Counted from the first letter of the stretch, positions 51,422-61,607 are shown. The stretch: DNA of 64,000 bases from Squalus acanthias (GCA_030390025.1 CM059432.1:38070001-38134000); one strand, 5' to 3'. Notes: generated by a model not told the origin, from the letters alone. Numbers and translations are program-made.

Positions 51422-53034
51422 TGTAGAATTCGCAATTATCGCGATTTCATTTTTATAAGGAGAAAACACAAAGTTTCGTTCAAAACAGCTTTTATTTCAG
51501 CGAAATGCTGTCAGGTTTAAATTGGACACAAGCAGCCTGTAAAATGGCCGCCGCACCGCGTGACAGAACATTCTAGACTTTTCAGCAGGCAGACAAGATG
51601 ACGTTCCAATAAACATTCTTGCAAGATCGATAACGATTCAGCACAGTGAAGACAATACACAGGACATTATGGGTTTACAGTATAAACATCGATACTGGAA
51701 TCGGTCTCCCAGGTACAAAGGAAAGCCATCAAGGGCCCATCCAAAGGACATTAATATGTAAACTCCCAACGGCTCTACGATGAGAGAGCCGTTAGCAGGT
51801 AGTTATACAGGACACTTGGAAGCCCCAAACCCCTCCAGGGGGAACGCCGACCGATTTAACAATGGGAGAGATATTAACAGGTACTCAAACATTCAGGAGT
51901 AGCCCCGAAACCCATTAAGGACAGAGATCACCCATACAGGACTTTTTGGGCGCCAAACCTTAAACAAAAGAATGGACATTGTAGTTGGGCGGGAAACGGA
52001 AGAACTGTGCACTATAATTGCAGGCCCCAAACCGTCCATTCGCTCTCTTGATTCTTGCTCTGGCCTCTTGCTCTTGCTCTTGCCTCGTGTTCTTGACTCT
52101 TGCCGCTTGTTGCTGTTATCATCGTGGCTGCTCCTGTGTAAAAGACTGTTGCAAAGACCTATGTTGGTAGCTGGCAGCGGAACCGAAGGCCCGGGATGAG
52201 ATGAGATGAGATGAGATGAGAGGAGAAGAGAAGAAGACCTTATCCATCGCCACGGTCAGTAGATCCCGACCGCGCCTGTAGGTCGATCAGCCAAGTCTTC
52301 TCGACAGGAAGTTTTCTTCTTTAACAAGACATATTGCATCAATGATAACTGGACTGTGTAAACACATCGTATCAGTGATATTGACAACGGTGCTCCACGA
52401 TTAAACTTTGAAGCCCACCAACAGAGGTCTTCACTACAGCGGACGGTCCAGCCGACTGACCGAGCAGCAGAAGCAGTAAACAAGTGAGACCAGGAGATCT
52501 CCTGACCAACACGTGGGTGCTGCGGTGAAAAACATCCGATCAGCTATTCGGGATTTCTCCGAGTTATTACGAGTGGTGAGCATGAGTCTCGGGATCCTAC
52601 GAAGCTAGTTTAGGATAGACATTGATAGGGGAGGGTTTTAAAGATTAAGGATATTTGTAATGTGTGCCCTATTTACGTTGTGCTGGTCGTTCCTCGTTTC
52701 CCTAAGAGTGATTATAACTGTTTGTAAGATTGTACTGTCATTAATCTGTGCATATGACATGTATTTCATAATTTTAAGTATCATGCAATAAAGATTTTCC
52801 ATTTCGTACCGTTCAAACCAAGTCTACATGAGTTTTACCTCCATTACTGCTCTCGCATCTAAGTCCAGTGTCTAGAACCGTAAGGGAGAGTGATTCGAAC
52901 CACTCACAGGGGTGTCTAGTGTTCCCAGACTGGCTGGAGACCAGGCCTAGACCCGCACTGACATACAGGCTGCACAGAGCCGCGTGAATCTCACAGGCTA
53001 CGAGACACGCAGGGTCAGGAGAGTATCCCTTACA
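51422..53034 (+). repeat. 5' LTR of element 2
   Basis: TG..CA; no difference from the 3' LTR seen by eye; TATA-like ~52013; AATAAA 52787. Confidence 0.97.
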
Positions 53035-53038
53035 GAAA

Positions 53039-54850
53039 ATGGCGACCGCGGCAGGACACTGGCAGCGAGAGGGTAGTGTGTTAGATTTTGGAATGACTGT
53101 ACGAAATGTGATGCAGGAAAAGATAGCGGATTATGTGTTTGGAAAGGTTAATCTAACGAAAAAGTGGATAAGCGAATTGTTAGCGGATAAGAGCCCACTA
53201 GAGGCAGCTGAAAGGTGGACGGATAGTAAGGAGCATAAAAAGGCAGTTGAGAAAGCAGTCTGGCTTATGTGCTACAAAAGGCAGGTTCAGATTTCAAACC
53301 AGACCAATACAGCGCTAACCGCTCGAATCAAGCATCTAGAGGAGGAAATGGAGGAGAAGGTTTCTGGAGGGGAGGCGCTCATTAAGAGTTTAAATGAGTT
53401 ACGCCAGGAAAGCCAGGAAGTCTCCAGTTACCTTAAAACAAGGGTAGAGTATCTCGAGTGCCAGATCACTGAAGCAAAATTAAACGAGAGTAGGATGAAG
53501 GAAAGATGTAACCGTCAAGCTGCCCAGATAAGAACTCAAGAAGAGAGCTTAATGGGGGTTAGGTCGGCGTATAAGTTGGCCCTTGAGGATAAGTTTCAGG
53601 GAGCCGACCATAGCGCCTGCGAAAAAGAGATAGAGAGCCTCAAAAGGGCCGTGAATAATGCGAACGGCATGGTGTGCCTTATTAATCCGTCGGCACGCCA
53701 GCCGCTAGTAAATGAGAGATTTAGAAATTCCCCACCAAGTAAAGCAGAAGAAGTAGTAGCCAGTGCGCCCTCCGCACCACCCAGCTATTCAGAAACCTGG
53801 GTTAGGGAGGAAGCAACGGAAGAAGCAAAAGAGCCCGTTGAAAAGGAGGTAGAAAAGGGATCGTTGTATCCAGTAACGGGTATTAAAAGGGGCCCAAGCA
53901 GAAACGGTGGGGAAGAACCGGGGGATCTCCTCGGACAGCTGGTGTTGCCTCACAGTTCACATCAGCTGAGGGCCATGATAAACCACGTAAGGAAGCTGAC
54001 CGAGATAGACGACCCTTCCGTACATTTTAGGGAAGTTGAGCAAGCCGCAGCCATCAACGGCTGCGATGATGGGGAGACAGCAAAAATGCTGCTGTTCTCG
54101 TTAGATAGCTCGGTCCTTCAGTGTCTCTCAGGCGATAGCAAGAGGGGTAATAAAAGTTATGAGGAATTGAAAAATGAGGTCCTAGAAGTAGTGGGAGCGA
54201 ACGACGGAGGTCCGTTTGCTAGAGTGGGACAGACAGTGCAGATGGAGGGAGAACCCCCGAAGGTTTTTGCCGACAGGCTGTGGCCAGTATATGAGCGCAG
54301 CTGTCTAGGTGCGCCCGAGCGCGAAGATGTGGAAGGCGCCGCTTTAATTCATTGGCTTAGGTGCATAATAGCCAACAGTTTACCAGCCGTTAGAGAGCAG
54401 GCAAAAGCCTGGTTCGATCCCAATGACCTCAACCTTACGGAAGAGTCGGTCTTGAATCGACTCACGTTAGGTTACCGTAACATAAGGGGTATGGCAACAC
54501 GTCCCTTTAAGGGGAGAGTACATGAGGTACGACCCGCAGCCCCGGCTCAGAGAGAGTGGCATCAGGAGGGTAATCGCGCCCCACAGGCAAGTAATGCCTG
54601 TTACGGGTGTGGGAAGACAGGGCACTGGCGCAAGCACTGCAGGAACCCTTGGAAGGATTCCAAGGATAAAAATCCCGCGGTCCGAACCCAGGCGCCTGTC
54701 CCGGCTAAGGAAGCAAAGGCACCCACCTCTCCCGAAGACCTCGAAGCAGTGTTAGGAGTCATGCGCAAGATGGTTTTGAATGCGCGTGGACAGGTGGCGG
54801 TCGCAACCGGCCCCGTAGGTGCCGCAGGACCGTCTAATAGTACCCCATGA
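53039..54850 (+). CDS. gag: Gag (603 aa): coiled coil, PSAPPSY late domain, capsid-like region, CCHC zinc knuckle
   Basis: CYGCGKTGHWRKHC knuckle; position directly after the PBS. Confidence 0.9.
   Translation: MATAAGHWQREGSVLDFGMTVRNVMQEKIADYVFGKVNLTKKWISELLADKSPLEAAERWTDSKEHKKAVEKAVWLMCYKRQVQISNQTNTALTARIKHLEEEMEEKVSGGEALIKSLNELRQESQEVSSYLKTRVEYLECQITEAKLNESRMKERCNRQAAQIRTQEESLMGVRSAYKLALEDKFQGADHSACEKEIESLKRAVNNANGMVCLINPSARQPLVNERFRNSPPSKAEEVVASAPSAPPSYSETWVREEATEEAKEPVEKEVEKGSLYPVTGIKRGPSRNGGEEPGDLLGQLVLPHSSHQLRAMINHVRKLTEIDDPSVHFREVEQAAAINGCDDGETAKMLLFSLDSSVLQCLSGDSKRGNKSYEELKNEVLEVVGANDGGPFARVGQTVQMEGEPPKVFADRLWPVYERSCLGAPEREDVEGAALIHWLRCIIANSLPAVREQAKAWFDPNDLNLTEESVLNRLTLGYRNIRGMATRPFKGRVHEVRPAAPAQREWHQEGNRAPQASNACYGCGKTGHWRKHCRNPWKDSKDKNPAVRTQAPVPAKEAKAPTSPEDLEAVLGVMRKMVLNARGQVAVATGPVGAAGPSNSTP
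53040..53057 (+). promoter_or_regulatory. Primer-binding site, tRNA-Arg(UCG)
   Basis: TGGCGACCGCGGCAGGAC is complementary to the vertebrate tRNA-Arg-TCG 3' end GTCCTGCCGCGGTCGCCA. Confidence 0.88.
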
Positions 54851-56011
54851 CTAGAACCGGCGCAGCCTGCCTACCTGTGTCCTTTTAAAAGACACGCACA
54901 GGAGGGGGTCTGCGGTAAGGAGGCCAGGTTAAAAGAGCAGGCCTTGCGGGAGGAGAACGCCCGCTTAATAGGGAAAATAGATGGGCTGGAAGGGCAGCTT
55001 AGAGAGCAGGCCCTGCGGGAGGAGAATGCCCGAGCAATGGGAAAGTTAGACGTGCTCAGGCTAGAAGGGCAGCTTAGAGAGATAAAAGCAGCCTACAGGG
55101 TAGCCAAAAGCAGGGAGTATGAGTATTTAAAACAGGATAGAAATCTGCAGCCTCCAGCAGGTGAGATTTCACAGAAACAAGCAGGGGCGGTGGCCTGTCT
55201 TAAGGGAGGGGCCAGACCTGCGAATGGGAAAACACAGCCCCAGGTAGGACCACAAGGCACACAGGCAGGCGTAGCAGCTTGCATCAGGGGAAGGGACATC
55301 CCGGACGATCATGCAGCGTTTTTCTGGAGTTGGGGGTTAGATGACGAAGAACCCAGGGTACCCTGGTCAGATGAGGATAGTGCAGATGAGCATAGTGATG
55401 ATGACGGGTGGTTTCAGAGGAACGGTCTGGAAGGATTGGGGCCGCTAGGTAGAGATCCATACGGGGTGGACACACAAGCTGCAGGTCCCGACAGCAGGAG
55501 GAAGGAGCTAGAGGAGGCCGGGCCAGCCGCTATGTGGTTCCCAGAGGTGTGGCCGCCCGCTTTGAACGTCCAGTCCTCAGGGGAGGCAGAGTTCGCGAGT
55601 GAAGGGCCGCCTGCTGGGCCGAGCAGGGCGGGGCCCCGAACTGCCAGCCCCGAGGTTAGGGAGGCGGAGTCAGCGGAGGCGGGGCTGGCGCCTGTGATGG
55701 AACCCCAGGTCATCCCATTGAAGGTCTCGGGACCCGGTCCGTCCGTCACGGAGCCCCCGCCCATAGCAATTCCCCGTAGGTCAAGCAGAGTACCCCAGCC
55801 CAGGAAGATGTGGTCAGGTCCACAGGCTGCCCCAGGGCGTAAGTTTCAGGTTAAGATAACCCGGGTAGAGACAGGCCACATCGAAGCAGTAACAGGCTGC
55901 GGCAGATCAGAGGAAAGGGTCAGCGCAGCAACAGGCTGCGGCAGATCAGAGGGAAGGGTCAGTGCCCTCCCACCGTCGGGAAGAGCTCGCAGCAGCCTTC
56001 TCAGGATTTAA
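54851..56011 (+). CDS. ORF X (386 codons), in frame with gag after UGA; coiled-coil and low-complexity, non-Pol
   Basis: No stop between 54851 and 56009; UGA-CUAG context; no enzymatic motifs seen. Confidence 0.7.
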   Translation, partial: LEPAQPAYLCPFKRHAQEGVCGKEARLKEQALREENARLIGKIDGLEGQLREQALREENARAMGKLDVLRLEGQLREIKAAYRVAKSREYEYLKQDRNLQPPAGEISQKQAGAVACLKGGARPANGKTQPQVGPQGTQAGVAACIRGRDIPDDHAAFFWSWGLDDEEPRVPWSDEDSADEHSDDDGWFQRNGLEGLGPLGRDPYGVDTQAAGPDSRRKELEEAGPAAMWFPEVWPPALNVQSSGEAEFASEGPPAGPSRAGPRTASPEVREAESAEAGLAPVMEPQVIPLKVSGPGPSVTEPPPIAIPRRSSRVPQPRKMWSGPQAAPGRKFQVKITRVETGHIEAVTGCGRSEERVSAATGCGRSEGRVSALPPSGRARSSLLRI

Positions 56012-56295
56012 AGGGGCCGCCCTGAGAACGGGCGGCATTGTAAAGTCATTAGTTTAAGGTTTTAAGTTTTAGTTTAAAGTTTTAAGTAGTTTTAATAAGG
56101 TTAAGTTTGTAGTGTTTTTAACAGATAACGATAAAATGATGGGAGTTTTAAGGCTAGGTTTAGAGGAAGTCTATTTAGCAAACGTTGAAGTTTACGTGAG
56201 GCGAGGTCAGGGGACCCGCTCACCCTTCACAAAAGCCAGAGACTTTTTGCGAGGCTGGCTACCTCATTCTATCTGATCACAGGAACCAAGGAAGG

Positions 56296-58647
56296 ATGGA
56301 ACGACTCATAGTATTGCTCGCGGCAATCGGATGTGGATTGGCCTATCGGGGCCTCACCAAGGATGTCGTGGTGTTTGGATGTTCCGGGGACACGGCCCCC
56401 ATCGCGGTGGATGGGACCGGGAGACGGAAGGCAGAAGGGACCAGCACCTATTTCCACAAGGGAAGGTGGCCAGGATGGCTGGGAACGAACTCAACGGAGT
56501 ATTCCAGCACATCGGGGTTCGCCTACAAAGAGACTTCTTTAATGTGCCCCAAAGTACGGATCATCGCACCCAGGATCAGCGTCACCGTCGGCAAACGGAT
56601 TTGTTTGACCTGCAGTGGGAATGTCCCATTGAGCCGATGGTGGTGGCTGCGAAAGCTGAGCAAAACTATGAGGAACTCTTCGGTTGAGTGGGAGCGACTG
56701 GGTAATAATACCCATCGGACAATTACGGGGACAGATGGACAAGTGAAAGTCTGTTGGGACAAATGGTGGGAACCGGATGAGGGGATTTATGTTTGTATGT
56801 GGGGGTCAAAGTACGTTTGCCCCAAAGGCATCTCCATATTCTTTATTAACCAGTGGCAGGATAACGGACAGGGGATGAGGTGGGATGCGAGCACCAGGGG
56901 GTGCGGAGCCCCATACTCTCCGATCCCAGTAAATGCCACTGAGCTCATTACGCGCCCACGCAAAGCCCCGCCCACGATTCCGGTAGTTCTAACTGAGGAA
57001 GAAGGGTGCCCTAAAACTAGTAAGGGACCCGGGAACGGTTTGGTACTGGTCCTCACAGACCAGATACTATTTCAGGGAGTGCATTACGCGGTGGCCTCGG
57101 TGATTTTAAATCTCACTGAGGTACGGTTACCAGAGTGGTGCCCCAAAAAGACGGAACAGTTGTACCAGGTCCTGTTGACCAAGATGTTCAGGCAATTTTA
57201 CGAGTTTGATTTTGCAGAAATTGATAAGACAAGTTTATATACCGCACCGCAGGAAGTTTTGGATCAGGTGGGGAGACAAAGAAGGGGTTTGGTGAACGAT
57301 GCGTTCACTGCTTTTAACACAGGGACATCTGTGGTCAACGCTCTAGACAGTGTGGAGCTGCAGACCCAGATTAATGGTTTAAAAACACAGTTAAAGGATA
57401 TTCTTACAGATGAGAATAAAGTGGTAGGGTCGGGTCTGCACGAGGACCAAGCCATGACACTACACTTAAAGGAAATCATAGCAGAGCTGGAGAAACATGC
57501 GCGTACGGTAAATGCCCTGATTCGGGAAGATCGGAATGCATCCGATCAAGCTGCGCAGAACGAGGTGTGCGTGCTTTACGGGGCGTGGTTACTGGGCGAG
57601 GGCCGCAGTAATTTGGAGGATTTAAAACAAGGTTTGGTTCCGTCCTGGATAAGTAACAAACACCTGCGGGCGCTCCACCCTTTTCAGAACGCATTAAGTC
57701 CGTGCCAGCTCAGGCTAGCTTCAGAAGCTTACCCAGTCCCCGTGGACTGCGGACGTTCAAACCATACTATTATGGGAATAGTATTACGCATGCCGGTTTT
57801 GGGCAACACAGCAAAGCCCGCCCCGGTATATCGGGTAGAGAACATTGGTGTCATTCAGGGGGGAGCCCACATTCGTTATGCAGCGGTTCCACCTTACGTC
57901 ATCCGCTGGGAGCAAACGATGACAGGTACAGATCTCTCTGGTTGTCGTGGCAGGGGAGCACACATAATACTGTGCCCCCAGCACTTGAATGCCTTTTTAA
58001 CACCACAGTGCGGGTTCAGAACGGCTGGCGCCAAGTCCATGAATTGCACCATGGAGGCAATGGCACAAGATCATGTGCCTCCGCAGGTAGCATACATCGG
58101 GGGTGGAACATATTGTGTTACCACTGCAGCGCAACACTACCAGCATGGAAACCGTAGCCGGTGTCCGGTGAGTGACAGCAGTTTCTGTTTTAAACCCAGG
58201 GCTGAAGTTCAAGTAGCACAACAGCGAATTATCCCAATCCCTGAACCATCCACTGTTCATCTCACAGTAAAAGAGAATTTTACCGACTTGCAGCGATTTG
58301 TCGCACATTTTGGGTACCTCATTCCCCCTCTCCCTGAGCATTTAACCAAACTTCTGAAAGCCGTCGCGGTGTCACAAAAGCATTTCTATACATTAGAACA
58401 GAAAACCGTCGAGATAGGTACAGACATTTTGGACATAGTGGTTCCACCATGGTGGAATCTGTTCACGAATATTGAAGTGCCCTCATGGGTCAGAATAGCC
58501 TCCCACATTTTAGTCGTCTGTCAAGTGTTTATTGTAGTATACCTAATGTTCATACATTGTAAAAGAGACAAACGCCTCACCAAGCATGAGAACACGGGAG
58601 AGTGGCGAGAACGTTACGTGCGCGTGCACGACGAGAGCGCAGTGTAA
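56296..58647 (+). CDS. env: Envelope glycoprotein (783 aa): signal peptide, Ig-like domain, RQRR cleavage, long Cys-rich fusion subunit, TM anchor
   Basis: Splice acceptor ~56282; RQRR|GLVNDAF at 57274-57285; TM ~58495-58555; N-glycosylation sequons. Confidence 0.92.
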   Translation: MERLIVLLAAIGCGLAYRGLTKDVVVFGCSGDTAPIAVDGTGRRKAEGTSTYFHKGRWPGWLGTNSTEYSSTSGFAYKETSLMCPKVRIIAPRISVTVGKRICLTCSGNVPLSRWWWLRKLSKTMRNSSVEWERLGNNTHRTITGTDGQVKVCWDKWWEPDEGIYVCMWGSKYVCPKGISIFFINQWQDNGQGMRWDASTRGCGAPYSPIPVNATELITRPRKAPPTIPVVLTEEEGCPKTSKGPGNGLVLVLTDQILFQGVHYAVASVILNLTEVRLPEWCPKKTEQLYQVLLTKMFRQFYEFDFAEIDKTSLYTAPQEVLDQVGRQRRGLVNDAFTAFNTGTSVVNALDSVELQTQINGLKTQLKDILTDENKVVGSGLHEDQAMTLHLKEIIAELEKHARTVNALIREDRNASDQAAQNEVCVLYGAWLLGEGRSNLEDLKQGLVPSWISNKHLRALHPFQNALSPCQLRLASEAYPVPVDCGRSNHTIMGIVLRMPVLGNTAKPAPVYRVENIGVIQGGAHIRYAAVPPYVIRWEQTMTGTDLSGCRGRGAHIILCPQHLNAFLTPQCGFRTAGAKSMNCTMEAMAQDHVPPQVAYIGGGTYCVTTAAQHYQHGNRSRCPVSDSSFCFKPRAEVQVAQQRIIPIPEPSTVHLTVKENFTDLQRFVAHFGYLIPPLPEHLTKLLKAVAVSQKHFYTLEQKTVEIGTDILDIVVPPWWNLFTNIEVPSWVRIASHILVVCQVFIVVYLMFIHCKRDKRLTKHENTGEWRERYVRVHDESAV

Positions 58648-59061
58648 TGGGAAAATGGCGTCACTCCCGCTCGCCACGTGCGCCGCGGAAGTTTGTACTC
58701 ATTGTAAATACGTTGGAAACTCGACATGTTTAAGAGTTGGGATTTGTTTATTTTGGTGATGGCGTTGAATTGTTTGGTTTTGGGTTTTGTTTTTTCCTTC
58801 CCCTGAATAAAAGACAAATATACAGGTGATGCGTGAGGTATCGGCCTGGTTACGCCGGGAAGGAAAACAAGTGGTGTAAGTTTAAGGGCAAATGATGCCT
58901 ATGGTGATATAAAATGTGATTTTCTTGGGAAATGAGGACGACACAGAGACCCTAGCGAAGTTAAAATTTATGGGATTAATTTACTGGATTCGGAGTGAAA
59001 TCGAGATAAGATTGCTCACCACTGAGATTTTTTTGATACGATAAGCGGAGTTATTCGCATC

Positions 59062-59073
59062 AACAGGAGGGAC
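59062..59073 (+). promoter_or_regulatory. Polypurine tract of element 2
   Basis: AACAGGAGGGAC directly before the 3' LTR. Confidence 0.8.
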
Positions 59074-60686
59074 TGTAGAATTCGCAATTATCGCGATTTC
59101 ATTTTTATAAGGAGAAAACACAAAGTTTCGTTCAAAACAGCTTTTATTTCAGCGAAATGCTGTCAGGTTTAAATTGGACACAAGCAGCCTGTAAAATGGC
59201 CGCCGCACCGCGTGACAGAACATTCTAGACTTTTCAGCAGGCAGACAAGATGACGTTCCAATAAACATTCTTGCAAGATCGATAACGATTCAGCACAGTG
59301 AAGACAATACACAGGACATTATGGGTTTACAGTATAAACATCGATACTGGAATCGGTCTCCCAGGTACAAAGGAAAGCCATCAAGGGCCCATCCAAAGGA
59401 CATTAATATGTAAACTCCCAACGGCTCTACGATGAGAGAGCCGTTAGCAGGTAGTTATACAGGACACTTGGAAGCCCCAAACCCCTCCAGGGGGAACGCC
59501 GACCGATTTAACAATGGGAGAGATATTAACAGGTACTCAAACATTCAGGAGTAGCCCCGAAACCCATTAAGGACAGAGATCACCCATACAGGACTTTTTG
59601 GGCGCCAAACCTTAAACAAAAGAATGGACATTGTAGTTGGGCGGGAAACGGAAGAACTGTGCACTATAATTGCAGGCCCCAAACCGTCCATTCGCTCTCT
59701 TGATTCTTGCTCTGGCCTCTTGCTCTTGCTCTTGCCTCGTGTTCTTGACTCTTGCCGCTTGTTGCTGTTATCATCGTGGCTGCTCCTGTGTAAAAGACTG
59801 TTGCAAAGACCTATGTTGGTAGCTGGCAGCGGAACCGAAGGCCCGGGATGAGATGAGATGAGATGAGATGAGAGGAGAAGAGAAGAAGACCTTATCCATC
59901 GCCACGGTCAGTAGATCCCGACCGCGCCTGTAGGTCGATCAGCCAAGTCTTCTCGACAGGAAGTTTTCTTCTTTAACAAGACATATTGCATCAATGATAA
60001 CTGGACTGTGTAAACACATCGTATCAGTGATATTGACAACGGTGCTCCACGATTAAACTTTGAAGCCCACCAACAGAGGTCTTCACTACAGCGGACGGTC
60101 CAGCCGACTGACCGAGCAGCAGAAGCAGTAAACAAGTGAGACCAGGAGATCTCCTGACCAACACGTGGGTGCTGCGGTGAAAAACATCCGATCAGCTATT
60201 CGGGATTTCTCCGAGTTATTACGAGTGGTGAGCATGAGTCTCGGGATCCTACGAAGCTAGTTTAGGATAGACATTGATAGGGGAGGGTTTTAAAGATTAA
60301 GGATATTTGTAATGTGTGCCCTATTTACGTTGTGCTGGTCGTTCCTCGTTTCCCTAAGAGTGATTATAACTGTTTGTAAGATTGTACTGTCATTAATCTG
60401 TGCATATGACATGTATTTCATAATTTTAAGTATCATGCAATAAAGATTTTCCATTTCGTACCGTTCAAACCAAGTCTACATGAGTTTTACCTCCATTACT
60501 GCTCTCGCATCTAAGTCCAGTGTCTAGAACCGTAAGGGAGAGTGATTCGAACCACTCACAGGGGTGTCTAGTGTTCCCAGACTGGCTGGAGACCAGGCCT
60601 AGACCCGCACTGACATACAGGCTGCACAGAGCCGCGTGAATCTCACAGGCTACGAGACACGCAGGGTCAGGAGAGTATCCCTTACA
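59074..60686 (+). repeat. 3' LTR of element 2
   Basis: Direct repeat of 51422-53034 followed by CTCC. Confidence 0.97.
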
Positions 60687-60927
60687 CTCCCTACTTTTCA
60701 CCATGTCTTCAACCATCTGTCCTAATTCTTTTCTGAATGCTTAGTACCTTGGAACATTTTATTACATTAAAGGTAGTAGAAAAATGCAAGTGTTTGAGTT
60801 ATGTTGTGGATTTTTCACCCCCTATCATTAATTGTTTATGATTAACTGAAAGGTGGTACATTACCCCTTGTTGCATTTGGCCATTGGCTGGTGTTCTGTC
60901 CTGTACCTAACCAAATATAGCAAGTTA

Positions 60928-61607
60928 GGGGGTAATTTTAACACCCCTCCAGGATGAGCAGGACAGTGTCAGTGGGGGAGGTTAAATGATTAAAAATGGG
61001 AAACCCGACCCTAACCTGCCGCAAACGCACTTACTTCCGATTTAACCGGGGCGGGTTTGAGGTCGGCTGAGTAACCTGCTCTTGAGAGACGGTTCGGTAA
61101 TTATAATATTTAAATGAGGCTCTGTGCCTCAGATTTTGTCAAAGATTTGCATTTAATGGCTGTGGTCTAGGTTTCCCAGGGCTTGGGAAACCTGGCAGCT
61201 GAAAGGAGGTGGTACCTGTCAGATTTAGCAGGTAAGAGCTTTTCCAGCACTGCTTGTGGGCCAGGAGGAGCAGGAGTGCTTCCCCCAGTCCCTCAAGCAA
61301 ATCTGCCACGATCTCTCCCTCTCCTCGCGATCTCCAGACACTTGCCCACCACCCCCCACCCGTGAATGGCCGAACCCCGTGACCTCTCCCTCCGCGATCT
61401 CTCCTCGCGACCTCTCCTCTCCCTCGTACTGCAGGCTTTTCCGCCCGGCAGCCGGTTAGCCTCTCAATCAGGCTGGCTGCCAGACAAAAAACAGAGTAAA
61501 AAAATTCTAATGAGATCCTGCCATTAAATTTGGTGTTTCCGGGTTCCCGGTCACTGACAGGCGCCCCATCTCAACCCCTCCCCACCTCCCTGTAAATATC
61601 GCGGCCT
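60928..61607. mobile_element. Probable degenerate Harbinger-type MITE
   Basis: Begins GGGGGTAATTTT like other MITEs here; right terminus poorly matched. Confidence 0.4.

Larger units (their letters stand above)
51422..60686 (+). mobile_element. Intact pol-less LTR element 2: LTR-PBS-gag-(UGA)-ORFX-env-PPT-LTR
   Basis: 1613-bp LTRs at offset 7652, CTCC TSD, three open ORFs, no PR/RT/RNase H/IN motifs seen. Confidence 0.95.

Noticed and set aside
51972..52483. 75-aa ORFs in element 2 LTRs
   Set aside because: Low-complexity derived and not preserved in the related solo LTR.
59074..60686. Identical LTR as an assembly duplication artefact
   Set aside because: PBS, PPT, TG..CA ends and a matching TSD define a genuine provirus, although polishing could hide a few differences.
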